A stretch of 64,000 nt of DNA from Octopus sinensis (taxonomy: Eukaryota), in assembly GCF_006345805.1 (NCBI RefSeq), contig NC_042999.1:68882001-68946000 (forward strand). The letters run 5' to 3'. The notes beneath the pieces are model-generated. The model saw only the letters and a program-made list of their open reading frames with translations, was not told the origin of the DNA and made no database searches. The position numbers were made by a program, and so were the translations under genes. Positions 1-13,378 of the stretch are shown one piece after another. Position 1 is the first letter of the stretch. Each line of letters begins with the position of its first letter.

Positions 1-21
1 GTCAAACCGTAGTGGGGAACA

Positions 22-81
<60 letters not shown>

Positions 82-404
82 ACGCATACACACACACACA
101 CACGCGCGCGCGCGCGCGCGCACGCACGCACGCACAAACACAAACACACACACACAAACGCACGCATATATGTATGTTTGTATAAATATATAGAGAAAGT
201 GTATGTGTGAGAGAGAGCGGGGCGAGAGAGAAGGTGTGTGTGATAGAAAGCGATAAATAGATACAACGGTTGCCATCTACCAAATCCACTCACTAGATTT
301 TGGTCGGCCTGGGACTACAGTAGAAGACATTTGCCCAAGGTGCCACATGAGTGCGTGTGTGTGTACATACATACATACATACATTTATATATATGTATAT
401 TATA

Positions 405-460
<56 letters not shown>

Positions 461-468
<8 letters not shown>

Positions 469-714
469 GTATATTATAATGTATGTTCTTTCATTTTTCA
501 GCCATTTGACTGTGGCCATGCTGGAGCACTGCCTTTAGTCGAAGAAATCGACCCCCACGACTTATTCTTTGTAACCTTAGTACTTATTCTCTTTAGCCGA
601 AACGTTCATTTACGGAGCCGTAAACATAACAACGTCGGTTGTCAAGCGATGGTGGGGGAACAAACAAAAACACACACGCACACACACTCTTACGGACGCA
701 CACGCATACACACA

Positions 715-759
<45 letters not shown>

Positions 760-1010
760 GTATATTATAATGTATGTTCTTTCATTTTTCAGCCATTTGA
801 CTGTGGCCATGCTGGAGCACTGCCTTTAGTCGAAGAAATCGACCCCCACGACTTATTCTTGGTAACCTTAGTACTTATTCTCTTTAGCCGAAACGTTCAT
901 TTACGGAGCCGTAAACATAACAACGTCGGTTGTCAAGCGATGGTGGGGGAACAAACAAAAACACACACGCACACACACTCTTACGGACGCACACGCATAC
1001 ACACACACAT
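461..1010. repeat. Tandem duplication, period 291 bp (SINE 3' half plus microsatellite)
   Basis: GTATGTTCTT...CACACGCATAC block starts at 481 and again at 772; the copies appear near identical (one substitution seen). Confidence 0.9.
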
Positions 1011-1150
1011 ACATATATACATATAAATATATACACATCAGGCGATGCTATTAAGTTAGACATGGCCTGTACCAGTCTTTGGTCGAATGTTTATACGGCA
1101 GGCTGCCTTCAGTTTCCGCCTGCCAAATCAACTCACATGGTTATATATTA

Positions 1151-1187
<37 letters not shown>

Positions 1188-3161
1188 CTAGTTTCAGCTT
1201 ATGAGCTGTGGCCATGCTGGTGCACCGCTATTTGGTGTTGCTACTTGGTTTCACTTCATGGAGGCTTTCTAGCAACTGCTATTTGGTGCATGAGAGAGTT
1301 CGATGCAGCTGCCCTCATCTGCCCCTCCTGCCGTGAAGTTGGTTCATCTGGGACACCTGACAGGAAGAGATCCAGCTTCATTTTAAAGACATCTGTATCC
1401 ACCCCATGCAGGTCTCTCAGGTTCTTCGGGAGGATATTGAAGAGCTGTGGGCCTCGGAAGCCCAGGCTATCACAGAATCTTGTCCTACATCTTGATGGCA
1501 AGTTTGGAGTCCTAGGCACCACGCAGTGGCGCCCAGTTCTGGCATTTGCGTAACTCTCGATGCCAAAGTTCAGAACACTTCCCTCCAGGATCTTCAGATG
1601 TATATTATGGCATATCTTTCCCGCCTACGCTCCAGGGAATATAATTTTAATCTCTTGAGTCTTTCCCAGTAGCTTACATTCTGCATAGAGGCTATCTTCT
1701 TTGTGTAGCTTCGTTGGATCGCCTCAAGTTCTGTGATCAACTTGACACTGGATGGTGACCATAGCTGAGAGCAATAGTCAAAGTGGCTTAGGACAAGTGT
1801 CTTCCAGAGGACCATCATTCTCTTGTTCTAAAGGTTCTAAGAATCCATCCAGCCAGCCGTCCTCTACATTTCATTGTCAGTTTAGCAACATGTACATGAA
1901 AGGTCGCGTCATCACTCATGTGAATACCAGGTCACGCACTGATTGTGCCTCTGGGATTGCAATCCCCCCGGTCCAGTGTATTCATTGGGTATTGCATTCA
2001 GTTTTGCATGCTGATAGTATAAAGCTTGAAACTTTCCAGCATTGAACTGCATGCTATTCTTTTCAGCCCACTTGTATATTTCGTCCAGCTCACATTGCAG
2101 GTGTTTAGTGTCCTCAGGGTTCTGTATTGCCTGTGAAACTTTTGTATCATCTGCATAACTTGTGATCGTGGCTCTCTGCGTGGCTGAGGGCATGTCTGAG
2201 AGGGCCATTATGAACAGTAGTGGTCCCAAAACAGTGCCTGTGGAACACCGCTCACTATTTGCGTGCTAATGGAAGTGGCCCCATTGGCTACTACCACCTG
2301 ACTTCTATTCTTCAGAAAGTCGTGAAGCCATTCTCCTAGTTTTCCAACTATGCCAAGATCACGCAGTTTGTGACATATCATTCCATGATCGACTTTATCG
2401 AAGGCCTTTGCGAAGTCGAGATATATGACTTCCACATTTGAGTGGTTGAGCAGTTGTTTCAGCACCCAGTCATAGTGCTGCAGGAGCTGAGTTAAGCAGC
2501 TTCTTCCTGGTCGGAAACCATGTTGGGTGTCAGGCAGCAAGTTATTTTCTTCAAGGAAGGTGATTAGTTTCCTTCTGACTATTCGTTCCATGACCTTGCT
2601 GATGTGTGAGGTCAGAGAGATAGGTCTGTAGTTCTTGGCCTCCGCTCTGCTACCTCCTTTATGAATAGGGCATATTTTACCTTCCTTCAGTCCCCTTGGA
2701 AGTTTGCCAGCTGCAAGGAAGCTCTGAAAGAGGAACTGCAGTGGTCTGCTAAGACTCTCTTACATACTTTTAGGAGGATTGCCGGGAATCCATCGGGGCC
2801 AATAGCTGAGTCTATTTTCATTTCATCTATAGCCTTTATTACATCGTCTTCCTTTATATCGATTAATTTATCGTCGCCGCCTCTGATTCTATATCTGCAG
2901 TGGTAAGAAGTCAGTTTGATTGCTGATTTGGAAATGCCCAAGGGTGGAGTGAAAACACTCTTGAATTGTTCATTCAGTATTTCACTTACCCTCATTGGTT
3001 TTCCTGTGAGTGTGCCATCCTTTTTCAGGAGTGGCCCTATCCTACAGTGCACCGTAGCTGTTTCTTTGCATACCTGTAGAAAGCTCTGGGGTTAGTTTTT
3101 ATGTTGTCTATAGCCCAGGCTTCTTTGTCTGCTCTTTCCTTCTCATGGGAGAGTTGCAGAC
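1188..3161 (-). mobile_element. 5'-truncated CR1/L2-group LINE with frameshifted reverse transcriptase and (AATC)n tail
   Basis: Minus-strand ORF fragments contain QHGFRPGRSC, YLDFAKAFDKVDH, SGVPQ, GPLLF, YADDTK and GPDG; (ATTG)n at 1154-1187 forms the 3' tail. Confidence 0.93.
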
Positions 3162-3424
3162 AATATTATTATTATTATTATTACTATTATTATTATTATA
3201 TTATTATTATTACTTTTTTCTTCTTTCAAATTTGCTTCCATTTCTTGCCGAGTGTCTTCCCGACTCCTAGGGCAAAAAGAAACTCATAGTATACATTGGT
3301 AGGCCATTTAAACCAAACTCAATAGTTCGTTCATTTTTTTTTTTTTTAATTAGTTAAATTAAAATACATGAGCAGCAACAGTTCTCACATCGACAATGCT
3401 CTTCTCAATACGTGTGATGTACCA

Positions 3425-3486
<62 letters not shown>

Positions 3487-3487
3487 G

Positions 3488-3617
3488 TATTTAAAACAGT
3501 TTGATTTGGCTCATTGCAACTTAAATTTTCGCGAGGTTCTAGCAGAAATCCATCTCTTTCAGCGTTCGATTGCCGAAACTTTAAGTTACGCGCAGCCAAG
3601 TCAAACTATTTTAAATA
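3488..3617. repeat. Small MITE-like element with ~44-bp imperfect terminal inverted repeats
   Basis: TATTTAAAACAGTTTGATTTGGCT...AACTTAAATTTTCG (from 3488) mirrors CGAAACTTTAAGTT...AGCCAAGTCAAACTATTTTAAATA (3574-3617). Confidence 0.65.
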
Positions 3618-3775
3618 ATAATACATATAACTACCACCAAATGTGTTGAGTACCTTTTTTCTTGGTCCATGCATTCGTATGTATGTATGTACGTACGTAT
3701 GTACGTATGTATGTATGTATGTATGTATGTATGTATGTATGTATGTATGCATGTATGTATGTATGTATGTATGTG

Positions 3776-4230
3776 GAGAAGGATTTTGTATGAGGGGAAA
3801 GCTACTTTTGAGAAATCTTGAATTGAGCATGAGAAAGTAAGGAGGGATGTCAGGAAGGGCATCGCTGTTGCACTTCCAGATGGTAAGGGTCTTCCTATGA
3901 TGCGGACATGCAGTGTCTGTGCAAGACCCTGCCTCAGGAAAGCTGGATTCAAGAGTCATCTACGTAGTCATAAAGTGAAACCAATGATTGACAACCAGGC
4001 CGCTGGTGGTGGTGCTACACACCATACTAATCATATCTGTTAGGCATGTGGAAGGGAGTGTGATTCGGCGGGAGGATATAAACGACATGCAAAGGTACAT
4101 GAAGCCCAATTTGAACTATAGCCGTCTATCACTAGTAAAGGTTTTAGCTGCCAATTCTGTACTAGACATTGTAGATCTTTTGCTGGGCTAAAAAGTCACA
4201 TTCGATCACAGCACCATTAACGGTTAAGCC
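3776..4230 (+). pseudogene. RTE-clade LINE 3' fragment with C2H2 zinc-finger C-terminus
   Basis: Manual translation gives LYEGKATFEK...RTCSVCARPCLRKAGFKSHLRSH and a second C..C..H..H unit, with stop codons. Confidence 0.6.
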
Positions 4231-4345
4231 TCATGCAATGGCCATACTGGATAATGAGGGGTCAGTCATCATATTATGTATGTATGAATATGCACGTGCA
4301 TGTAAATATGCATATATGTGTGTGCCATACACATTAACATATATA

Positions 4346-4411
<66 letters not shown>

Positions 4412-4592
4412 ATATAATATATAATACATATATATATATACATATATATATGTATATACATACAAGCATGTTTATATATGTTTGCATGTATGTACGTTTA
4501 TATATGTATATATATGCACATATATGTAATATATATATATATATTGTTGTGTATCCAAATTATTTATAATTTAACATTTGATTTTTGCATGG

Positions 4593-4690
<98 letters not shown>

Positions 4691-6038
4691 TATGGTACCA
4701 AGAATAACGATTATAATCCGGTTGAGCATATTTTTGGGGAATATGTGGTGGTCATTATCTATATAGCTCTGCCAATGTTATTCTCATCTCGCCATCAACT
4801 GTGGACCACAAACTGTGAAATAAGACCAGCATGAAAAGTTGACCATTGTTGCATGGAAACATTGTTAACCTGTTAGCTGGATACAATGGGATTAATTGCA
4901 CATATAAAAGTAAGTCGAACTCATCATCAGTATACAACGACTAGACAACACTATCCTGTGCAATTATTAACAATGACTCAGAAAAGCTCAAGCGCATCGA
5001 GCCAAATTATAAGGTGATTGCAAATAAATTAATAAACAACTAATAGTTATTAAGTGCTTTTTTTATGTTTTACTTTTCTATTCAAACACACACACATACA
5101 GTTTGTAATGCAGTAATTGATGAGCTGCAGAGAAAAGCAATGAATACCTAATTTGGGATATGGTACAGCCACGTGAAAAAAAGATCTAAGCTGAGAGCAA
5201 AAAAAAAAAAACACGCCCTTCTTTCACTGCGCCGTCTGGGTGGTTACAAATGAATCTTGCTTCATTCGGCTTTTTAACTTTATATACAACTGAGAGTCTC
5301 TTAAAAAAGAAAGGAAAAAAGTGTTTTGCAGAAGACACATCGTTCCTGTATTAAACCAAAATTCTTTCATGTCTTTCTTTTGCCTATAATCTTTTATATC
5401 TTTCATACTTTCGGGGTCGATTAAATAAGTACCAGCTACGCACTGGGGTCGATATAATCGACTTAATCCCTTTGTCTGTCCTTGTTTGTTCTCTCTGTGT
5501 TTAGTCCCTTGTGGGTAGTAAAGAAATTTATATTTTATTTATTTTAGTAATTGGAATGCGGCCATGCTAAAGCACTGTCGTGAAGGGTTTTAGTCGAACG
5601 AATCGCCACAATAATTTTTGCTTTTAAAGTCTGGCACTTGTTCTATTGGTCACTTGGTCGATCCACTATGTTGCAGAGACGTAAACAAATCCACGCCAGT
5701 TCTCAAGCGGTGGTGGGGGACAAATTCAAAATACAAACAGAAAGACAAGAACATATGTATGATATATATATATATATATTTTTATATATATATCTATATT
5801 ATATATATATTTATTTATTTATTTTATTTATACATGTGTATGTATATGTGTGTGTACGTAAGCACACACACACACACACACACATACATACATATATATA
5901 TATGTATGCATATATATGCTGCTCAAAGAAATAATTCCAGCTTTGCTTGATTTTTACGTTTATTTACAATCTTATAAAAATATAATGTAAGATAATAGCT
6001 GTGAACTGTAAAACATAACTGTCACCAGTACTACTACA

Positions 6039-6083
6039 TGAACCTGAAGATTGCATAGTTTAATGCATGAAAGTACTAGTTCA
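6039..6083 (+). ncRNA. Type I hammerhead ribozyme (predicted), minimal form
   Basis: TGAAC-CTGAAGA-T.TGCA(tagtttaa)TGCA.T-GAA-AGTACT-A-GTTCA: 5-bp stem I, 4-bp stem II, palindromic stem III; predicted cleavage after 6078. Confidence 0.8.
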
Positions 6084-6395
6084 ACCAGAATGGACATTTA
6101 ATATTCTATCATTTCATTTCATTATATTATATTATCTTATATTTTTATAAGATTGTAAATAAAACGTAGAAATCAGACAAAGCTGGAATTCTTTGAGGAA
6201 TGTATTCTTCTGTACACAATCACACACATCCGTGTATATATATATATATTATATAATTATATATATATATATATATATAATTATAAATTAGGGTATCTAC
6301 GAGATACCACCATGCTGAAAATAGCAGCCATGATCTGACTTTAAATACCCTAATTCATATAAATACCCTAAATTAGATACCCTAATTTATAATTA

Positions 6396-6776
6396 CTAGC
6401 AGTATCGCCCGGCGTTGCTCAGGTTTGTAAGGGAAATAACTATAAAGCATTTTTAGAGAGTTATAGCCAAAAAACAGCAAAAAAATGGAAAAAAAATTAT
6501 GGTAAATTTTTTTTTGATAGTTAAAAAAGGTGGAGTTGCGTCCCTACACAGTTTGTGGTTTGTGTTCCTGATTCTCGACTCCATGTCGAATTTATCGATT
6601 TTTTTTCAGAACTGGGGAACTTTTCAAATTTTCGTGCGTTAGTTTGTGAATTATGACATTGGGCTATGTGTGTTCAAGTTTCATCAGAATCGTTGAAAGC
6701 CGTGGTCAGGGTGAGGGTACAAGCAAACAGACACACAGAACAACGCACAGACAACTGCCGTTTATATAGAGAGAGA
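6396..6776 (-). mobile_element. Non-autonomous Helitron
   Basis: Minus strand starts TC (TCTCTCTATATAAACGGCAG), ends CTAG after a GC-rich hairpin (CCTGAGCAACGCCGGG), and sits between A and T. Confidence 0.75.
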
Positions 6777-6852
6777 TTACCTTGAAGGTGATTTTTCTAT
6801 GCTGCCAGTTGATAAAATCTTTATTTTGTTTTTAAACTAACGATCTTATCCT

Positions 6853-6917
<65 letters not shown>

Positions 6918-7292
6918 GTGTGTGTGTGTGTGTGTGTGTTTGTGTGTGATGGGCTTCGTTCAGTTTCTCTTTTGCAAATCCATGATGCCTCGTATTGGGA
7001 CTGAGCCCAAAATATTTTGGTTGGGAAGCAAATATCTTACCACGCAGCCACGCCTGAGCCTGTAAGATAATTACGTTTAACTGTATACGACATAAGGAAA
7101 CAGAAACACCATGTCTAATAAGGTCGTCTGAACTGGACAGAGAAACAGACATAGTTATCAATCGACAGCATACGTCTATGTGGCACGAAGCAGCGTTATA
7201 TATTCTCTGGCAAAGCTGGAATTTGCGAGGTTGCCGAAAACATTGTCATTTTAAATCGAGAGCCAATCAAAGGAATATGCATTTTAATACAA

Positions 7293-7330
<38 letters not shown>

Positions 7331-7434
7331 CTATCTATCTATCTATCTATCATCTATCTCTCTCTCTATCTATCTATCTTCTATCTGTCTGTCTGTCTGC
7401 TGTCTGTCTCTCTGTCTCTGTCCTCTCTTCTCTT

Positions 7435-7466
<32 letters not shown>

Positions 7467-7518
7467 ATATATACATATATACTATGCATACATACATACA
7501 CACACCATATATATATAT

Positions 7519-7560
<42 letters not shown>

Positions 7561-7920
7561 AATAAGAAAATGGAGAAACAAATTTAGTTTGTTCATGAAC
7601 TTACAGATATTATAATGTTTGATTATTTATTCATTTTACAAATGAAAATATCAAAAGCATACAAAATATTATATAAGTCAATAGATAAGATGATAATATC
7701 CGTAAGTTGATGAACAAACTAAATTTGTTTCTCCATTTTCTTATTTGTATTATAAATTTACGGTAAAAATTTTCTTTACCTTCACCCGTTTAATACACTA
7801 AATGACTTAATTGCATTGCAATTAAAAACATTATGTATTAAGAATTTGGGTACTTACCAACAGTATATTGGATAAATGATATCCCATAGTGGATTTCACC
7901 CATAACTCTTATCTTACGTT

Positions 7921-7968
<48 letters not shown>

Positions 7969-8213
7969 TTATTTATATTATTGTATTATGTTTGTGTATG
8001 TGTATGTCTGTGTGTGCCTGTGCTAGTGTTTTGTGTTTGTCGCCCACTACCGCTTGACAACTGGTGTTAGTGTGTTTACATCCCCGTAATCTAGCTGTTC
8101 GGCAAAGCAGACCGATAGAATAAGTACCAGGTTTAATAGAAAAACATAAGTACTGGGGTAAATCTATCCAAATAAAAATTCTTGAAGGCTGTGCCCCAGC
8201 ATGGCCGCATTCT

Positions 8214-8313
8214 NNNNNNNNNNNNNNNNNNNNNNNNNNNNNNNNNNNNNNNNNNNNNNNNNNNNNNNNNNNNNNNNNNNNNNNNNNNNNNNNNNNNNNN
8301 NNNNNNNNNNNNN
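8214..8313. other. Assembly gap (100 N)
   Basis: Run of exactly 100 N. Confidence 0.99.
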
Positions 8314-8466
8314 TTTCATACAATATACGTATCTGTATGCATGTATGTATACATACGTATATAATTATGCATGTATATATATTTTGCCCAATGACGCGAT
8401 AGATAAATCTGCAGGACAGGAGCTGAAACTGTGGTATTAATTGCTGTAGTAGTAGTAGTTGTTGTT

Positions 8467-8547
<81 letters not shown>

Positions 8548-8628
8548 ATTGTGTTGTTGTTATGGAAGCCTCAGTAACGTCGACGGAGGTAGTGATATTT
8601 TGGTTTGGTAAAGAAACTGAATGTAACG

Positions 8629-8667
<39 letters not shown>

Positions 8668-9205
8668 AAGAAGTAGAAGAAAAAGAAGAAGAGCAGAAGG
8701 CAAGCAAAGATAATAGACTAATACTGAGGAAGGAGGGGAAGAAAGTGATTGAAAGTAGTGAGGGAGAGAAGGGAGAGAGAGAAAGATAGGGAAAAGCAGA
8801 AAGGAGAGGGAGAGAAGGAGAGAGGGAGATGATGAGAGAGGGAGATGATGAAAGAGAGAAATAATGAGAGAGGGAGGCAGAGAGAGAGAGAGAGAGAGAG
8901 AGTGGGGAAAATGAGAAAACGGGTGGTGGGAAGCAACAAAGGAAAGAGAGAGAGAGAGAGAGAGAGAGGTAAAGCGAGAGAAGGAGAAATGGTAATTGTA
9001 AGATGTGTGTTGGTGTGTGGGGTTTTAGAGTGATTTGAGGAATGAGATTGTTATATGGTGTTGAAGACGGAGATAAATATAGACATAGCTGGACAGATAA
9101 GAAGAGAAATAAAGAGGGAGTGAAAGCGGGAGAGACAAAAACACGGAAGTGACGGACAAAGAAGGAGAACGAAGATAGGAAGAGAGGGTCGGGGCCACAG
9201 CTAAC

Positions 9206-9275
<70 letters not shown>

Positions 9276-9408
9276 ATATATAGATATAGATATATATATA
9301 TATATATACTGTTGTATCTGGGGAGAGTCATTTTCTTTTTGTGCCTTATATATATATACATATATGTATGTATATATGTATATGTATATGTGTATTTATA
9401 TATATATA

Positions 9409-12400
9409 TTTGGCTATGAAACCTGATCACGATAAAATCTGTTTGGATTCTCCTTCACTTGTCCTTCCCATTAATGCCATTGCTCAACCAATTCTGAACG
9501 ATCTCGATGTGAGTTCATCTGGGGAGTGGTGCTCCCCCAAACTGAAGAAGAGGCAGTGCAGTTCCAAACCAGGCGGGAAAATTATGACCACTAAATCCAT
9601 TCCGATCGACCCCACAGGCCGACATAAGTCCGATGGCTATGAAACCACCCTTTCGAAATCCTCCAATGAAGAATCGAATACCGCAGCTCATAGTAGAGAA
9701 CTTTTTGCCCACTCAAGATCAGCAATAATATATGGCAAAGCTGAATCCACCTGTGATACAGGCATAAACCGCTAAAAGATGACATTAATTTTGTTTCCAT
9801 TTTGGTGGAGAATTGTTCTCTGTGAACGAAAATGTCAGTGTTCTTAAGGTCGCTCGGCTAGGAAGATTCCAAGCGAACCCAACCGCAGATACTAGACCAC
9901 GCCCAATAAGGGTAATCTTTTCTTCTGATCGGGAGGCTTCAGTCTTTCTGAACAGAGCTCAGACGCATGCCTGGGAGGACCCCAATATGGGTTTTCGCGA
10001 GGAATACTCACTAAGAGAGAGAATTCGCCGGAGGAACCTGATATCCGAACTAAAGATGAGGAAACAAATGGGAGAGAAGGGTTTACGAATCCAAGATGGA
10101 CAGATAATCAAGTCCTACCTCTGGTCCCATGCTGTAGTGCTGACAGGGAAAGTGATGTGAGGGCAAATCGAAGTGAAGTTGATGCCCTTTATTCTGCTTG
10201 TTCCCCAACTCCCGCCCCTCAGACTTCACAGCTCAGCATCGTCTACAACAACTCGTGCTCCTTATTCCCAAAGTTCAGTGAACTATTTACACTGGCCATA
10301 CGTGACTCCCCTGATGTGATAGCTGTCACCGAGACTTGGCTGACTCCAGCAGTAAAGGACTCAGAAATCCACCTGCAGGGCTACGTCCTTTTCAGATGTG
10401 ACAGAGGAAAAAGGCGAGGTGGAGGTGTTGCTGTGTATGTTAAGTCTGAGCACAAACCGTCCTGCGGTATTCTACCCACAAATGCTCAACCTACAACAAA
10501 ATTCGATGCCGTCTATTGCAAGCTGAGCCTATCTGAGTTTTGCCTGCCCGTGTTGGCTGTCTACAGGCCGCCTCTTGCCGACCCCCAGGACGATGCTCAT
10601 CTACTCGAAGCGATAAGATTCGTTTCAGCTTCGCATGACTGCTTGGTACTAGGCGACTTCAACGCTCCCACGATCGATTGGCCCGCATCAATTTGTACAA
10701 CATCTTCCGGTTCGGCCAGGCCCTTCTTGACGTGGCTGAAGATTGTTTTCTATCGCAACATGTTGAATATCCGACAAGGCATCGGTCTGGGCAGCAGCCA
10801 TCTATGCTAGATCTGGTATTCTCCCGCTATCCAAGATCAGTGTCAGACGTATCTGTGTGCGCCCCTCTTGCCAAGAGTGATCATGCGGTCCTGAAGTTCG
10901 TCATGCACACAACTTTTTCTACGCCCACGATTACTTCGCTGCCACGTAGAGTCTTCTCTGCAATTAATCTTGAAATTCTAACCGAGGCTTCCGCGCTTCT
11001 GGACTGGCGATCCCTGATGACGTTGTCCTCAGTTGACGAACTATGGTCATCCCTCAAAGCATATGTAATCTGTTTGACTGACCAGGCAGTTCCCGTTGGG
11101 CTTCCCAAGAGGAAGAAACACAAGCCCTGGGTGACGAAGAAGGTTAAACGAGAACGTCGACTCAGAGATATTGCTTGGGCTGAATTCAAAAATCTGGATT
11201 CGACTGCAGCTTTTGAGGTGTACAAAACTCAACGAGACCGAGCCGTGAAAATTGAAAAGAAAGAACGCTTCAGTTATGAATACAAAATCGCGGCAAATGC
11301 CAGTAGCAATCCAAAAACCTTCTTTGCCCATGTCCAGCGGAATTCCCGCTTGAACAACCAGATTGCAACGTTGGTAGACTCAACAGGCGTATCGATTGAG
11401 GACCCTTATCAACAGAGTCAATTATTTGCCGAGGCTTTTTCAACTATTTTCAAACAAGATGATGGTCGTGAACCCCCTCCATTTGATAGATCGGTACCTC
11501 CAATGCTTCGATTGGTCATCACGCGGGACGAAGTCAAACGTGTTATTCAAGGCCTCGATGTCAACAAGGGTCACGGCCCTGACGGCATACACCCACGGGT
11601 TATCAAAGCGTTGGCTCCGGTCATCTGCGAGCCCTTAACACGACTATTCAATATGTCATTGGCGACGGGTGTTATACCTGCAGACTGGAGAACAGCGATA
11701 ATCTGCCCAATTTTCAAGAAAGGGAGCCGCGAAGACCCGCTTAACTACCGACCGGTTTCCCTTACATCAATAATCAGCAAGATGTTCGAAACCATCCTTA
11801 AGAAAAGTATGATGCTCCACCTCCTAAACACAGCCTCGATCACTGATTCCCAACACGGCTTCGTGCCGAAGAGATCATGCTTGACCAACTTACTAGTAAT
11901 GGAAGAATTGGTGACGCGCATCCTCGATGATAGTGATGCTGTTGACATCGTTTTATTGGACTTTGCCAAAGCTTTTGACTCGGTAAACCACCGCCTACTA
12001 CTTGTCAAGCTTCAAGCATATAGTTTCCATCCGGATATTGTACGATGGGTTGGTGCCTTCCTCTCAGATCGCTCCTTCCAAGTTCAAGTTAATGGTTCGC
12101 GGTCCGACGTCTCCAGTGCGAGCAGTGGCGTGCCTCAAGGTTCAGTGCTTGGGCCCTTGTTGTTCTTAGTCTTCATAAATGACTTGCCCGACGACCTCAC
12201 GCAACACACCCTTCTATTTGCCGACGATATCAAACTGGTCGCTCCTCGCGGTAGTATAGAGGATCTTCGTCGATGCCTCCACCAAATTTGGAAGTGGTCT
12301 AACGATTGGGACCTGTGTCTGAACGTGTCAAAGTGCTGTCATCTGCCTGTCGGCTCTACTCCTGCAACTCAACTTGATTTCGAGCCGGGTCGTCTGCTGC

Positions 12401-13091
12401 TGGAGAGGACCGATCAGGTAAAGGACCTGGGTATCTTGGTGGATTCCTCCTTTTCGCCTTCGGCCCAGTGCGTCCATGCTGCCAACAAAGCGCGCGGAAT
12501 TCTGTTTTTGATTCGACGGTCATTCGGAATGCTCACAGCAGCCATATTCCTACCACTCTATGTCACGCTGGTGAGACCCATATTGGAGTATGGGATTCAA
12601 GCCTCTTCTCCTTATCTCCTCAAAGACATACAGCATCTCGAAAGAGTCCAGAGCTGGCTACCCGCATGGTTCATGGTCTCAAAAATTTGTCCTACGAAGA
12701 AAGGCTGAGGACGCTCGACCTTTATTCTCTTGAAAAACGCCGCCGCCGTGGTGATCTCATTCTCGCCCACAACATCATAAGCGGAAGTGTAACCTCTCGA
12801 AAGAGCTGTTCTTCACTCCTGCTCCGGAGCGTCGGCTGCGGGGTCATTCCGAAAAGCTCTACCTGCGACGATTTCATCTCAATCGAAGGAGAGGAGCTTT
12901 CTCCGTCCGGGTTGCGGATCCGTGGAACAAGCTGCCAGACGAGATGGTGAAGATGCCGACGACCGCTTTGTTCAAAGCCTCCCTGGACCTCAAGTGGCCT
13001 GAACTCTTTACATGAACACCACCCTGTACTTAACTCCATGTCCCCCTACATGGCCTTGCTATTTGCTTTTGAGCCAAATAACTAACTAACT
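9409..13091 (+). mobile_element. Near full-length CR1-group LINE: ORF1 remnant, APE endonuclease, reverse transcriptase, (TAAC)n tail
   Basis: ORF1-like RPRPIRVIF...EEYSLRERIRRR (9813-10160); APE motifs TETWL, GGGVAVYVK, YRPP, GDFNAP (10157-10810); 676-aa frame with GPDG, NYRPVSLTS, QHGF, LDFAKAFD, GVPQGSVLGP, FADD; ends AAATAACTAACTAACT. Confidence 0.95.
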
Positions 13092-13194
13092 ATATATATA
13101 TATATAAAATAATAGAATATTAAAATTCTAAGCTCTCTATAACAGAATGCCACTTAATTGGGCGATAACAATAATATATAAATATATCTATATA

Positions 13195-13260
<66 letters not shown>

Positions 13261-13342
13261 GTATTTACAAAAAGATAAAAGACGAATATGAGTCTGTAAA
13301 CAATAAACCGATGTATAGTTTAACGCTCGGGAATGAGAAAGT

Positions 13343-13378
13343 CTTTTACGTTTCGAACCTACGCTCTTCGACAGAAAG
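13343..13378 (-). ncRNA. Minimal hammerhead-like motif with A6U core
   Basis: Minus strand CTTT-CTGTCGA-A-GAGC(gtag)GTTC-GAA-ACGT-A-AAAG; stem I CTTT/AAAG; ACGT palindromic stem III. Confidence 0.55.

Noticed and set aside
4740-5050. Possible hAT C-terminal dimerisation relic
   Set aside because: Similarity too weak across multiple stops to call.
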